Source: an uncultured Actinomycetota bacterium (GTDB taxonomy: Bacteria; Actinomycetota; Acidimicrobiia; Spongiisociales; UBA4744). Taken from it: DNA of 64,000 bases. The notes beneath the pieces are model-generated. The model was not told the DNA's origin and did no database searches. It saw only the letters and a program-made list of their open reading frames with translations. This document shows, piece by piece, positions 19,518 through 29,165 of this stretch (position 1 is its first letter; each line of letters starts with the position of its first letter). The translations under genes and the position numbers were made by a program. The stretch covers positions 22,637 through 86,636 of the forward strand of contig CAVRAP010000017.1 of assembly GCA_963718995.1 (NCBI GenBank). Direction: 5' to 3'.

Positions 19518-20555
19518 CTACCGCGGCGTAACTCCGAGGCGTTCTAACGGTATCCCCACCGCCTCGGTGATCAGGGCAGCCAGGTCGTCCAGACTGGTCG
19601 GGGTTTTGGGTTGCCACGGAACGGTGGCGACCTCGGTCTTCCAGAGCGCGGCGAATTCCTTTCGTACTTCGGCCTGGCGGTGCGCCTCGGCTCCCCACCT
19701 GGCCAGGTTCTCGACCAGCGCGCCATCGGTAGGTGGCTTCGGGCTGTACCACGTGGCCGGCAACACCCGGTTGAAGACTACGGAGTCCGGGTCGGGAACC
19801 TTGTCGGGTAGTTCGCGGTAGAAACGGGCTGCCTCCAGTAGGGGAGCCGGATCGGCGGTGGTTACCACCACCGTCCTGGCGTCGCGGAAATGTTGCTCCA
19901 TCTGCACCGCACGCCGGGCAAGACCGTCGTACATAGTGCGCATGTCCATGAGGAACTCCGCGACTCGCTCGAGCAAATCGGACCCGAGGGCCGCACCGGC
20001 TATGCGAAGAGCGGGTCGGGCAGTGAGGGTGAAGATCGTCCGACGTCCCGGAAGGGCTCCGCCGGTCAGCCAGCGCAGCAACCGACCACCAACCAGGTCG
20101 CGCATCTCGGCCGGAGCGGAGAAGAACTCGATGCCACCGGCCGCCGGGGGTGTGTCAACCACAACCAGATCCCACGCTCGAGTCTCTACGTAGTTCGCCA
20201 TCTCCTCGGCGGACGCATACGACTGACTAGCCGGGAAGTGCTGCGTGGCGGCTTCGAAGAATGGGTTGTCGACCAACCGGTCTGCTACCTCGGCGGGTGC
20301 ATGGCGGTGGGCGATGGCTCTCCAGGATTCGGACGCGTCCAGCATCGCGGCCCACAGGTTGGGCTCCTCTTTGTGCGGGCTTGGCTCGGAGCCGAGAGTC
20401 TTGAGGCCGAGGGCGGTCGCCAACCTCTTGGCGGGGTCGATGGTCACCACCAGGGTGCGAACGCCCGAGCGCGCCGCGGTAACGGCCAGCGCGGCCGACA
20501 GAGTGGTCTTGCCCACCCCGCCGCCTCCCGTGACGAGTATGATTTTGGATGTCAT
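19518..20555 (-). CDS. ArsA/Get3-like P-loop ATPase (downstream member of a pair)
   Basis: Start at the ATG at 20555 (MTSKIILVTGGGGVGKTTLSAALAV), preceded by GGGAGGA and overlapping the upstream stop as ATGA. Deviant Walker A of the ArsA/MinD superfamily. Confidence 0.7.
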   Translation of the reverse strand: MTSKIILVTGGGGVGKTTLSAALAVTAARSGVRTLVVTIDPAKRLATALGLKTLGSEPSPHKEEPNLWAAMLDASESWRAIAHRHAPAEVADRLVDNPFFEAATQHFPASQSYASAEEMANYVETRAWDLVVVDTPPAAGGIEFFSAPAEMRDLVGGRLLRWLTGGALPGRRTIFTLTARPALRIAGAALGSDLLERVAEFLMDMRTMYDGLARRAVQMEQHFRDARTVVVTTADPAPLLEAARFYRELPDKVPDPDSVVFNRVLPATWYSPKPPTDGALVENLARWGAEAHRQAEVRKEFAALWKTEVATVPWQPKTPTSLDDLAALITEAVGIPLERLGVTPR

Positions 20556-21409
20556 TCCTCCCCCCACACGTCGGCCAGGCGGGCGGCTACTTCAGGTGGA
20601 GTGTGGAGCCCGAACAGGAAGGGGAGTTGCACGTCCGGGGGCAACTCGCCCAGCCATTTCTGCTGCTCTTGCTGAAGCGTCCGGTGCATCACGGCAGCTT
20701 CCTTGACAGGACCGGGACCGACCTCGTTGATCTGCTTGTTGGTCGCCGCGAGAGCGGGGAGGATCCGATTCGCTGCGACCAGAGGAGAACCGGTCACGTG
20801 GTGCTCTTGCAGCCAGGTGAGCGCTTCCCGGGTCTCGGTGATGGGTAATTCCTCGGCCAGGGTGACCAGCAGCATCGCACTGATGGACTGGTCGGTCAGC
20901 AATTCGATCATCCAATCCGCTTGCTGGCGGACCTTTCCGACCGGAACCAATTCTGTGACCGTCTGGGGCGCCCGGAGGTGGGATCCGATCTGCCCAAGTG
21001 GTGGACCGTCGGCGATAACCAGGTCCCAGGCTTCTCTCCGGACCTCCCAGAGCACTTTGCCCATGGTGACGACTTCCCGGATTCCCGGCGCGGTCGAGGC
21101 AAGGGCATCGAATGCTCGAGCTATTGGACCCATGCGGGTGACTTTTGGCACGCCCAACTGGACCTTCAGGTACTCGTTCAGAGCGGCCGGTCGGTGAATC
21201 GCCAGCGCGTGGAGACCCGGGCGGATCTCCCGGGCCTCGTAGTCGAGTCGTTCCCGCCCAAGGTGCAGCGCCAGTCCGGTCTGGTCGGTCATGGCCACGG
21301 CCAGGACTCGCTTGCCAAGATGCACGGCGCGCAGAGCTAATGCCGCGGTTACGGCCGAGCGACCGACTCCACCCTTTCCGGTGACGATGATCAACCGACG
21401 TTCAAGCAT
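20552..21409 (-). CDS. ArsA/Get3-like P-loop ATPase (upstream member of a pair)
   Basis: Start placed at the ATG at 21409 (MLERRLIIVTGKGGVGRSAVTAALAL). The tracked ORF extends to 21622 through a Ser/Thr/Arg-rich stretch that looks non-coding. Confidence 0.7.
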   Translation of the reverse strand: MLERRLIIVTGKGGVGRSAVTAALALRAVHLGKRVLAVAMTDQTGLALHLGRERLDYEAREIRPGLHALAIHRPAALNEYLKVQLGVPKVTRMGPIARAFDALASTAPGIREVVTMGKVLWEVRREAWDLVIADGPPLGQIGSHLRAPQTVTELVPVGKVRQQADWMIELLTDQSISAMLLVTLAEELPITETREALTWLQEHHVTGSPLVAANRILPALAATNKQINEVGPGPVKEAAVMHRTLQQEQQKWLGELPPDVQLPFLFGLHTPPEVAARLADVWGEE

Positions 21410-21512
21410 CGTTGCGGAGGTTAGTGCAGTGGTCGATGGGGATTGAGCAGGCTCCCGCGACGCCGTCCCGGGTTGCGATAGCCTGACCTGGTGCAATGTA
21501 GTGGAGGTGACC

Positions 21513-21725
21513 ATGGCGCAGTTCGACGTGGATGGCTTTGTCCGGCGGTTTCGGGAGCGGGCCGATGCAGTCAAAGAGCGGGGTGTACCGCCGGTGGCGG
21601 GTGAAGAGCGCCGACGGTTCATCGAACAGGCGGAGAAAGACTACCTGGACTACTCGTTGGTCGGGTCGTCGAAATGGGAAGTCACGGACGAGTGTCTTGT
21701 GCTGAAGATTCCGCTGACGAAGTAG
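21513..21725 (+). CDS. Small conserved-looking hypothetical protein (70 aa)
   Basis: ATG at 21513 preceded by GGAGG with good spacing. Balanced composition (MAQFDVDGFVRRFRERADAVKERG...). Divergent from the ArsA-like pair. Function unknown. Confidence 0.45.
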   Translation: MAQFDVDGFVRRFRERADAVKERGVPPVAGEERRRFIEQAEKDYLDYSLVGSSKWEVTDECLVLKIPLTK

Positions 21726-21761
21726 GAGGATGGCATGGCATCTCCCACGTCCCGTTCCTTG

Positions 21762-23456
21762 CTACGAGCGCCGCCGTTCCTCTGCGCGTCGCTCTGACTC
21801 CAGCCGTTCCAGGTCCGTATCGCTGTAGTCGACGAAACCCATGGCGTCGGCTATCTGGTGGTGCCCGGCCACCTCACGAATCTGACGGTGCATTTCCTGG
21901 CACACGATGCGATAACCACGATGCCCGGCCGGTTGGGTACGGAGTTCAATGAGATGGAAAGCTTCCCGGGCGTTCATCTGCATCACGAATCGCACATTGA
22001 AAGCAAAAGGCACCACGTATTGGGCAACGTCGATGCCGAATACCGGACGGACCTTCTCGTAGAAGTCGGCGGCTCGTTCCATCGCCGTTTGCCAGGTTTC
22101 GGTCAGCGATGGCTCGACCTGGGCTAGTTCGGCCGGTGTGTCGTAACCAAGGCGAGCCGACAATGGCTGCCACTCGAGCGTCAGCATACGGTGCCGCTGC
22201 AGGTCCCGGAATGCTCCGTAGTCACACAGAATGTCGAATCGGTACGAGGTTCGCTCCATGCCGCGCCCGGGTTTGTGACGGCGGTTGCTGCGTTCGCCGA
22301 TGTAGGCGGCAATGATCCGGGCCTTCGCTTCGCTCGACAGGCGTGCCGCAATGGATGCCAGCTGGTCGTCCGGTAGGTCGCTCACGGCGTAGAGGGCGGC
22401 GGCAACGAGTTTCGTTTCGGCCTCCGGGTCGAACTCCGTGAGCGTCACCGTCGTCCGTTCCTCCGGTACTTCCTGCAAGCCGGCGGCGATCTCGCGCATG
22501 TCGTCCAGGATTCTTGCCTGGTAACTCGAGGCAAGTACACCGCGCTCCGGCAGATCGACCCGCCGCAGAAACGCCGGGATGATCTTGCGGAGCTCCTCCA
22601 GCATCATCGCCCCATACCCGCGCACTTCTTCGAGCGGATGAGCCTGCATGCGGAGGAGAGCCATCTCATAGGCTTGTCCGGTCCCGTAGATCCCAACGTT
22701 GGAGAGCGTCGCCGCCGGCAGCAATCCGCGAGCCGTGTCGCACGCCTTCGCCCGGATGGTGGATTTCCAGACGAAATCCGAGTCGCCATCCTGTTTGGGG
22801 AAGCGTTGTTCGAAGAACTCGGTCATGGTGCCAACAACGCGTGAGTACGTTTCGAACAACCAGTCCATGTAGGCGGTGTACTCGGCCGAGAGCGAGGACC
22901 CTGCGAACTCAGGTGGTACCTGGTATCGGTATCGCTCGCCCAGTTTGACGTCGTAGTAGATGTACCGGGTGCTCTGTTCGAGGTACGAAGCGAGGCGCCC
23001 CCACTCGAGGACTTTCGTCAATACGTTGGAAGCCTGTTCGACGGCCAGGTGCACGCCACCGAGCTGAGCAACCGAATCGTCGCCGTACTCAAAAAACACC
23101 CGGTCGTATAGCTGCTCGGCGCGCTTCATATTGACGAGCGGGTCGTCACCGGCCAGCTGCGCGGCAATCGTTTCGATCCCGGTCTCGGGGTTGGCCATGA
23201 ACTCGTCGAGAAACAGTCGCCGCACCGATTTGGAACTGCGGCTGTATCGAGCGAACAGTGCACCTTTGACCACTTCGGGAAGGTTGATGAGTCCGAAAAC
23301 GGGACGGTCGACGTTGGTAAAGAATCGAGCCAGGATGGCGGTCTCGGCAGAGGTGAACGGCTCTTGAAAATGCTCCACGGACCGGTGATTGTACAAGCAG
23401 CGGAACCCGGAAGCGGTACCCTCCCGTTTTATGAGTGTGATCTGGCTTCGAATCAT
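21762..23456 (-). CDS. Long-form ThyX-like (Thy1/flavin-dependent thymidylate synthase family) protein
   Basis: 564 aa. ThyX-like motifs occur twice: ARYSRS...EQSTRY in the N-terminal half and DLQRHRMLT plus NAREAFHLIELRTQPAGHRGYR in the C-terminal half. This is about twice the length of a canonical ThyX. Confidence 0.6.
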   Translation of the reverse strand: MIRSQITLIKREGTASGFRCLYNHRSVEHFQEPFTSAETAILARFFTNVDRPVFGLINLPEVVKGALFARYSRSSKSVRRLFLDEFMANPETGIETIAAQLAGDDPLVNMKRAEQLYDRVFFEYGDDSVAQLGGVHLAVEQASNVLTKVLEWGRLASYLEQSTRYIYYDVKLGERYRYQVPPEFAGSSLSAEYTAYMDWLFETYSRVVGTMTEFFEQRFPKQDGDSDFVWKSTIRAKACDTARGLLPAATLSNVGIYGTGQAYEMALLRMQAHPLEEVRGYGAMMLEELRKIIPAFLRRVDLPERGVLASSYQARILDDMREIAAGLQEVPEERTTVTLTEFDPEAETKLVAAALYAVSDLPDDQLASIAARLSSEAKARIIAAYIGERSNRRHKPGRGMERTSYRFDILCDYGAFRDLQRHRMLTLEWQPLSARLGYDTPAELAQVEPSLTETWQTAMERAADFYEKVRPVFGIDVAQYVVPFAFNVRFVMQMNAREAFHLIELRTQPAGHRGYRIVCQEMHRQIREVAGHHQIADAMGFVDYSDTDLERLESERRAEERRRS

Positions 23457-23733
23457 TGTCGGCCTGTTGTTGATCGCCGTGGTTCTGGTATCCGTTGTGC
23501 CACTGCTCGTCCTGCTCGACCTGGCGCAGGGTGGGGGAGGTTACGGGATGTGCCCGGATGGTCTGCAGGGCTGCGAAGTCCCGTATACGGGTTGGCTCGA
23601 ACTGGCCGCCGGTCTCGTACTCGTGATCTTTGGCTTGATTGCGTTGTTGCGGTTGACGATGAAGGTGGTGCGGCGGGAGGAACGTCGCCAACAGGCCGTT
23701 GAGAGAGTCGGCAGCATCAATGAGCCGGTGTGA
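23431..23733 (+). CDS. Hypothetical two-TM membrane protein
   Basis: ATG at 23431 (MSVIWLRIIVGLLLIAVVLVSVV...). Second TM helix LELAAGLVLVIFGLIALL, a Cys-containing loop between the helices, and a basic tail. No recognisable family. Confidence 0.4.
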   Translation: MSVIWLRIIVGLLLIAVVLVSVVPLLVLLDLAQGGGGYGMCPDGLQGCEVPYTGWLELAAGLVLVIFGLIALLRLTMKVVRREERRQQAVERVGSINEPV

Positions 23734-24598
23734 CCGCCTCGGCCGCGGGTAGGGCATCCCGATCATCCGTATTCGCCAGCACCAGGTAGATACCCGTCAG
23801 GATCAACGCCGCACCGATCCAACCCTGGGTGTCGAGCTGTTCGGAGAGGATCCAGGCCGCAAAACCGGCTGCGAAGGCTGGTTCGAGGGCGAGGATGATG
23901 GCCGTGCGGGAAGGTCCGATCACGGTTTGTGACCACACCTGGAGCAGGAAAGCGCCGCCGCTCACCACCAAACCCGTGATCAACAATGCAGGCATGACTT
24001 CTCTGTTCGGCAGCGGGAATCCTTCAAGGAGAGCCGAGCCGGCCAGGGCGAGTAGCGCGGTCGTGAGTAATTGGATAGCGGTGAAGGGAATGACGGAATG
24101 GCGAACTGCCACCCTGGCCAATACCACGATGTGGCCGGCAAAGGCGATCGCACAACCGACGGTCAGCACGTCGCCTGCGGCGAATGTCACTCCGTCTTCC
24201 ACGGTCAGCAACGCAAGTCCCACGAACGCCACAAGGGTGCCAACGACGGTTCCCCGGCCGACGCCGTGACGGGCAACGGCGGCCGCCAGCAGCGGTGTGA
24301 AAACCACGTACAAGCCGGTAATGAGGCCCGAGTTGGAGGCGCTGGTCTCGGCGAGCCCTGCGGTCTGCAGAGCGAAGCCGACGAACAGCAGAAACCCCGC
24401 CGCCAGACCATCCCGCCAGATCGCCCGCCCACGCGGGATGCCGAGAACCAAGAGCGCGAGGGCGCCGATGAGGAAGCGCCAGCCGACGAAAGCCAGCGGA
24501 GGGAGAACTGCCACAGCCTCCTTGACCACGACGAAGGTTGCCCCGAAGAGCAGCGCTGCGAGGGCAAGGGCGGCATAGGCGACCGAAGGGCGACGCAT
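23717..24598 (-). CDS. EamA/DMT superfamily transporter
   Basis: 293 aa, about 10 TM helices in two EamA-like halves. Confidence 0.75.
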   Translation of the reverse strand: MRRPSVAYAALALAALLFGATFVVVKEAVAVLPPLAFVGWRFLIGALALLVLGIPRGRAIWRDGLAAGFLLFVGFALQTAGLAETSASNSGLITGLYVVFTPLLAAAVARHGVGRGTVVGTLVAFVGLALLTVEDGVTFAAGDVLTVGCAIAFAGHIVVLARVAVRHSVIPFTAIQLLTTALLALAGSALLEGFPLPNREVMPALLITGLVVSGGAFLLQVWSQTVIGPSRTAIILALEPAFAAGFAAWILSEQLDTQGWIGAALILTGIYLVLANTDDRDALPAAEAVTPAH

Positions 24599-24605
24599 CG
24601 ACTGA

Positions 24606-25076
24606 CTACCGGTCGGAGATGTGCTCGGCGAGCAGATCTCCGACTACTGCGGTGGCTACGTACAGGCCTTGCGCGGTGACCGCGGGCCGATCGTCGCACA
24701 GCAATTCACCGGATACCCGGAGGCGACGGCCCGAAGCGGCATCGACCCTGCCTCGCACACAGAGCGGACGTTGGCTGGTGAGCGGCGATCGATACCGGAG
24801 GTCGAGTTTGGCGGTGACCGACATGAGCCCGAGATTGAGAATACCCGCCCAGGCGAGGATCTCATCGAGAGCGGTAGCCGCTACGCCACCGTGCAATGAC
24901 CCAACAAAACCCCGATAGTCGGAGCGGGGTGTGAACCAGGCCTCAACGGTGCCGTCGTTGAGAGAGAACTGATCAAGTTGCAGTCCGATCGGGTTCTTAC
25001 GTCCGCAAGCGAAGCAGCCGTCGTCGTAGTGGCGCCGGACGCGATCGACGAGGTCGGCGATATCATCATGTGGCAA
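24606..25076 (-). CDS. PaaI/hotdog-fold thioesterase family protein
   Basis: 156 aa. CFACGRKNPIGLQL followed by GFVGSLHGGVAATALDEILAWA, a typical hotdog active-site region. Confidence 0.65.
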   Translation of the reverse strand: MPHDDIADLVDRVRRHYDDGCFACGRKNPIGLQLDQFSLNDGTVEAWFTPRSDYRGFVGSLHGGVAATALDEILAWAGILNLGLMSVTAKLDLRYRSPLTSQRPLCVRGRVDAASGRRLRVSGELLCDDRPAVTAQGLYVATAVVGDLLAEHISDR

Positions 25077-25638
25077 GCCGGACCTCGCCGTTTTCCAGCG
25101 ATTCGATTTGTACCAGCGACCAGACCGGCCAACCGTGCGCCTCGAGCCTTGCTCGGCCCTCCGTGAAGGTCTTTTCGATCACGAAGGTCATCGCCAGCAC
25201 CGTGCAACCGGCTTCTTCGGCGATCTCTCCCAGGGCCTCGGCGGTTCTCCCACCGGCCAGGAAGTCGTCCACAATGGCCACCCGGAGCCCGGCCTCGAGG
25301 ACGTGTCGCGCTACCTCCACCCGGTATTCGGCTCCTTTGGTGGGTGAGACGACCTCACGGGAGAATGTGTACCGGCCGCCCGGGCCGAGATACTTCTTGG
25401 CGTACACGATCGGGAGATCCATTTCGATCCCGGTGACGAGGGCGGGAGGGATGCCGCTTGCTTCGGCAGTGAGGAGCAGGTCCACCTGCAATGGATCGAG
25501 CAGGGTTGCCAACTGGCGGCCAACGCTGGCCATGAGTGCAGGCTCAACCCGGTGGTTGAGAAACCGATCAACCTTCAGGATGGGGCCATCAACGGTGGCG
25601 AGGGATTCGATTGCGGTTCGGAGATCCACGGGGTGCAT
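25066..25638 (-). CDS. xpt: Xanthine phosphoribosyltransferase
   Basis: Start placed at the ATG at 25638 (MHPVDLRTAIESL...LKVDRFLNHRVEP). PRPP-binding motif VAIVDDFLAGGRTAEAL. The tracked ORF extends to 25878. Confidence 0.8.
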   Translation of the reverse strand: MHPVDLRTAIESLATVDGPILKVDRFLNHRVEPALMASVGRQLATLLDPLQVDLLLTAEASGIPPALVTGIEMDLPIVYAKKYLGPGGRYTFSREVVSPTKGAEYRVEVARHVLEAGLRVAIVDDFLAGGRTAEALGEIAEEAGCTVLAMTFVIEKTFTEGRARLEAHGWPVWSLVQIESLENGEVRLAT

Positions 25639-25703
25639 CGTACCCCGCCGCGCCGTCCGGTCCATTTCCGGCCCGGGTGCCCGCTCAGGATGAGTAGCTC
25701 GAG

Positions 25704-26414
25704 ATGATGCCACTACCATCGCTCGTCGTGACTCAACCTCGACGGCGCGCAGATGGGACCCGGCCGACCCCAGCAGAACGGGGGCGAGCTCGCCGCATCC
25801 GGAACCGCCTGTGGAGCCGGTATCCGACCATTGCGACTGCCCTGGAGTACGTCGAACCGTGGGAGCTGCTGGTAGCAACCGTCATCTCTGCACAGACGAC
25901 AGACGAAAACGTCAATCGGGCCACACCGGAGTTGTTTCGTCGCTATCCGAACCCGGCTGCTCTCGCCCAAGCGGATCCCGCCGAGGTCGAAGAGGTCATC
26001 TTCTCGACGGGTTTCTACCGGCAGAAGACCAGGTCGATCATCGACCTGTCCCGAGATCTGATCGAGCGATTCGACGGGATCGTACCGACAACGATCGAAG
26101 AGCTTGTGGAGCTACGCGGCGTCGGAAGGAAGACCGCCAGCGTGGTTCTCGCCGAGGCTTTCGGGCAGGCCGCGATTGCGGTTGACACGCATGTGCGGAG
26201 GCTTTCCAACAGGCTGGGATTATCAACGAACTCGGATCCGCCCAAGATCGAGGTCGATCTCAAGTCGATCTTTCCGCCGGTCGTCTGGGGGGGCCTCTCG
26301 ATGCGGCTTATCCAGTTCGGGAGGGATGTTTGTGTGGCCAGGACTCCCCGGTGTTTCGAGTGTGATCTGGTCGACTTATGTCCCTTCCCGGACAAGACAT
26401 CTCCCGTGAAGTGA
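25704..26414 (+). CDS. nth: Endonuclease III (DNA glycosylase/AP lyase)
   Basis: HhH-GPD motif LRGVGRKTASVVL, VDTHVRRLSNRLGL, and Fe-S cluster C-x6-C-x2-C-x5-C (CVARTPRCFECDLVDLC). Confidence 0.9.
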   Translation: MMPLPSLVVTQPRRRADGTRPTPAERGRARRIRNRLWSRYPTIATALEYVEPWELLVATVISAQTTDENVNRATPELFRRYPNPAALAQADPAEVEEVIFSTGFYRQKTRSIIDLSRDLIERFDGIVPTTIEELVELRGVGRKTASVVLAEAFGQAAIAVDTHVRRLSNRLGLSTNSDPPKIEVDLKSIFPPVVWGGLSMRLIQFGRDVCVARTPRCFECDLVDLCPFPDKTSPVK

Positions 26415-26423
26415 CCGAGTCCG

Positions 26424-27734
26424 ATGGGAGGTAGATCGCACGACCGGCAGATCCTGCGTCTAGCCGTTCCGGCGCTCGGCGCCCTGGCGGCCGACCCGCT
26501 GGTCTCCCTGGTCGACACAGCCTTCGTTGGGCGGCTGGGGTCAACCGAATTGGGTGCGTTGGGGGTCAACGCGGCAGTATTCGCCGTTGCTTTCGCCCTC
26601 TTCAATTTTCTGGCGTACGGCACGACCCCTCTCGTGGCGGCCGCGTGGGGAAGCGGCGACCGGGAGGCGGCGAGCCGGGTCGTGACCCAGGCAATCGGGT
26701 TGGCGATCGTCATTGGAGGAGCCGCAACCCTGGTCCTCGAACTGATGTGGCAGCCGTTGCTGTTGGCCATGCAAGCCGGCCCCGACCTGCTCCAACCGGC
26801 AGGCGAATACCTGCGCATCCGGGCGCTCGCCGCTCCGGCCGTACTGCTCGTCACCGTCGGTCATGGAGCTTACCGGGGCATGCAGGACACGCGCACTCCG
26901 TTGTTGGTAACACTCGGTCTCAATCTGATCAACCTCATTGGCGATCCTCTCCTCATCTTCGTGGCCGGATGGGGATTGCGGGGCGCAGCCGTTGCAACGG
27001 TCGTTGCGCAATGGGTGGGGGCTATCTGGTTCCTCGTCCTGTTGAACAGACGGCGGCACGAAATGGGCCTGCCGGTCCGCGTGCCCCGGCTTGGGGAGTT
27101 CCGCCAACTGGCGACGGCCGGAACCGAGTTGATCGCCCGGACCGCCGGTCTGCTGGCGGTATTTACGGTGGCAACCGCCGCCGCGGCGCGGGTCGGCACC
27201 GCCACCGTGGCCGCCCATCAGATCGCCGCGCAGGTCTGGCTCTTCCTGTCTCTGGTCCTGGACTCCCTGGCGATTGCCGGTCAAGCCCTGGTTGGCCGCT
27301 ACCTTGGAGCAGGCGAGGTCGCAGAAGCCCGGGCAGCATCGAATCGGATGCTGCAGTGGGGTTTTGCCCTGGGAGCGACTCTGGGGCTGGTTTTCTGGTT
27401 GCTGGGACCGGTGCTCCCCAGACTGTTCACCGATGATCCCGAGATCATCGCGCTCGTCGCGGGCGTAATGCCATTTGTTGCGGTTCTGCAGCCAATCGGA
27501 GCGCTGGTCTTCGTGTGGGACGGGATCTACATGGGAGCCCGCCAGTTTCGGTTCCTCATGATTTCGACCCTGGTTGCGGCGGGCGGTGCCGGCGTGGTCT
27601 TGGTTTTGGCCGTGACGCGCGGCTGGGGGCTCACCGGTGTGTGGTGGGGGATCACCGCGCTGATTGTGGGTCGGCTCAGTTTGCTGGCGATCCGCTACAG
27701 GACGGCGTTTGTTGACTCCAGGTCCAGTACTTGA
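26424..27734 (+). CDS. MATE family efflux transporter (DinF-like)
   Basis: 436 aa, 12 predicted TM helices. N-terminal ILRLAVPALGALAADPLVSLVDTAFVGRLG is typical of MATE transporters. Confidence 0.8.
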   Translation: MGGRSHDRQILRLAVPALGALAADPLVSLVDTAFVGRLGSTELGALGVNAAVFAVAFALFNFLAYGTTPLVAAAWGSGDREAASRVVTQAIGLAIVIGGAATLVLELMWQPLLLAMQAGPDLLQPAGEYLRIRALAAPAVLLVTVGHGAYRGMQDTRTPLLVTLGLNLINLIGDPLLIFVAGWGLRGAAVATVVAQWVGAIWFLVLLNRRRHEMGLPVRVPRLGEFRQLATAGTELIARTAGLLAVFTVATAAAARVGTATVAAHQIAAQVWLFLSLVLDSLAIAGQALVGRYLGAGEVAEARAASNRMLQWGFALGATLGLVFWLLGPVLPRLFTDDPEIIALVAGVMPFVAVLQPIGALVFVWDGIYMGARQFRFLMISTLVAAGGAGVVLVLAVTRGWGLTGVWWGITALIVGRLSLLAIRYRTAFVDSRSST

Positions 27735-28930
27735 CCGCGGGTTTCCGGTAACAAGAGGATCAACAGAGCGGCAAGTGCCATGCCAATACCCAGGTAGCTC
27801 ACGGTCATGGTCAGACCGATCTCGTCGATGGCTATGCGCCCGATAGCGAGGCCGCCGATTGATCCAAGCACGCCGATCGTGTTCAACCAGACCACGGCCG
27901 TCGCTCGAATCGAGGTCGGGAACAACTCATTGCGGTGGGCGCCGAGCGCCGGTACGGCCGCAAACGATCCCAGGCTCGAGACGGCGACGGCCAAGACGAT
28001 GAGCGGCAAGCTGTCGAACCAGTAGAGCCCGAGTCCTCCTGCGAGCGACATGGTGAACCCGAGGATGGTGGTTGGTCGCCGGCCCCACGTGTCGGCCAGG
28101 CGGCCACCCAGCAGAAAGCCGATACCTCCGGCGGTTCCCCCGATGAGCATCACGGCAACAGCCCGGTTGGTTTCGATGGCCAACTCGTTGACCAGCCGTT
28201 CGAGAGCGAACGTCAGACTCACGGCTGAGAAGGCCGCAGCGAGCAGCGAGATGAGGGCGAACACCCAGAAGCTCGCGAAGTGGCTTCCACCAAGTGCAGA
28301 GAAGAGATTCGCTTTGCGAGATGGGTCGCGGAAAGCCCGGCTCTCTTTGAGCCGGGAGAAGAGCAGGGGAAGGAACACAACACCGATGGCCGTCATGGCG
28401 AAGAGGGAACGCCATGCGTCGCGACTCGTTTCCGCGATGGGTAGAGCGAATAAGGCGGTCCCGGCGCCAAAGCTGGCTGCACCGCCGTAGATGGCGATCC
28501 CGTAGGCGCGGATGCTCGGGGCCAGTTCCTCTGCCAGATAGACCAGGGCCAGAACTCCTACGGCTGTGGCGGTCATTCTGACGGTTCCTTGCAGGACGGT
28601 GTAGATCGTGGGGTTGGGCGCAAAAGCGGTGGCGACGTTGGCCACAACCAGAATGGTGAAAGCACTCAGGAACGGTCGCCTCCTCCCGTTCCTGTCCCCG
28701 TAGAACGAGAAGGCCAGAGCCAGGACGGAACCGACCCTGGTGATGGCGAGGATCTGGCTCATCTCGCCGGCGCTCAGACCGAGTGATATCCGGGCGAAGG
28801 GGAGTGTGTTCGTTGCTTGGGCTTGTGCGAAGCCCTGTACGTAGGCCGCTAGGGCCATCAGCAGGACGATTCTCCGGTCGCGCGGGGCGAATCGATCGGG
28901 TGGGCGGAGGAATGTGGGAAGGAGAGCCAC
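27695..28930 (-). CDS. MFS transporter
   Basis: Polytopic, with an MFS loop motif (GDRNGRRRPFL). I place the start at the GTG at 28930 (alternative ATG at 28858). The tracked ORF, which runs to 29221, would overrun the divergent ccdA start. Confidence 0.7.
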   Translation of the reverse strand: MALLPTFLRPPDRFAPRDRRIVLLMALAAYVQGFAQAQATNTLPFARISLGLSAGEMSQILAITRVGSVLALAFSFYGDRNGRRRPFLSAFTILVVANVATAFAPNPTIYTVLQGTVRMTATAVGVLALVYLAEELAPSIRAYGIAIYGGAASFGAGTALFALPIAETSRDAWRSLFAMTAIGVVFLPLLFSRLKESRAFRDPSRKANLFSALGGSHFASFWVFALISLLAAAFSAVSLTFALERLVNELAIETNRAVAVMLIGGTAGGIGFLLGGRLADTWGRRPTTILGFTMSLAGGLGLYWFDSLPLIVLAVAVSSLGSFAAVPALGAHRNELFPTSIRATAVVWLNTIGVLGSIGGLAIGRIAIDEIGLTMTVSYLGIGMALAALLILLLPETRGQVLDLESTNAVL

Positions 28931-29165
28931 GGCTACCTCGGGTCGGCCAGGCGGGTACACGGCCGCCGACAATGCCCTGCTCGAAGGTTGCTGACGCAGG
29001 ACTCGTTCGGGGGTGACATGGGCGATGAGGTTAGCCGGGTGGTTTGGCGCGTTCCGGTTGCTCGGCTCAGACCTGGACCGGAAGCCCCGCGAGTTTCGAA
29101 AAGCGTAAGGCGGCGAGTTGGCACTTTGAGCCCATAACCTGGGAACATGGTGCCTCCCCCTTCCT

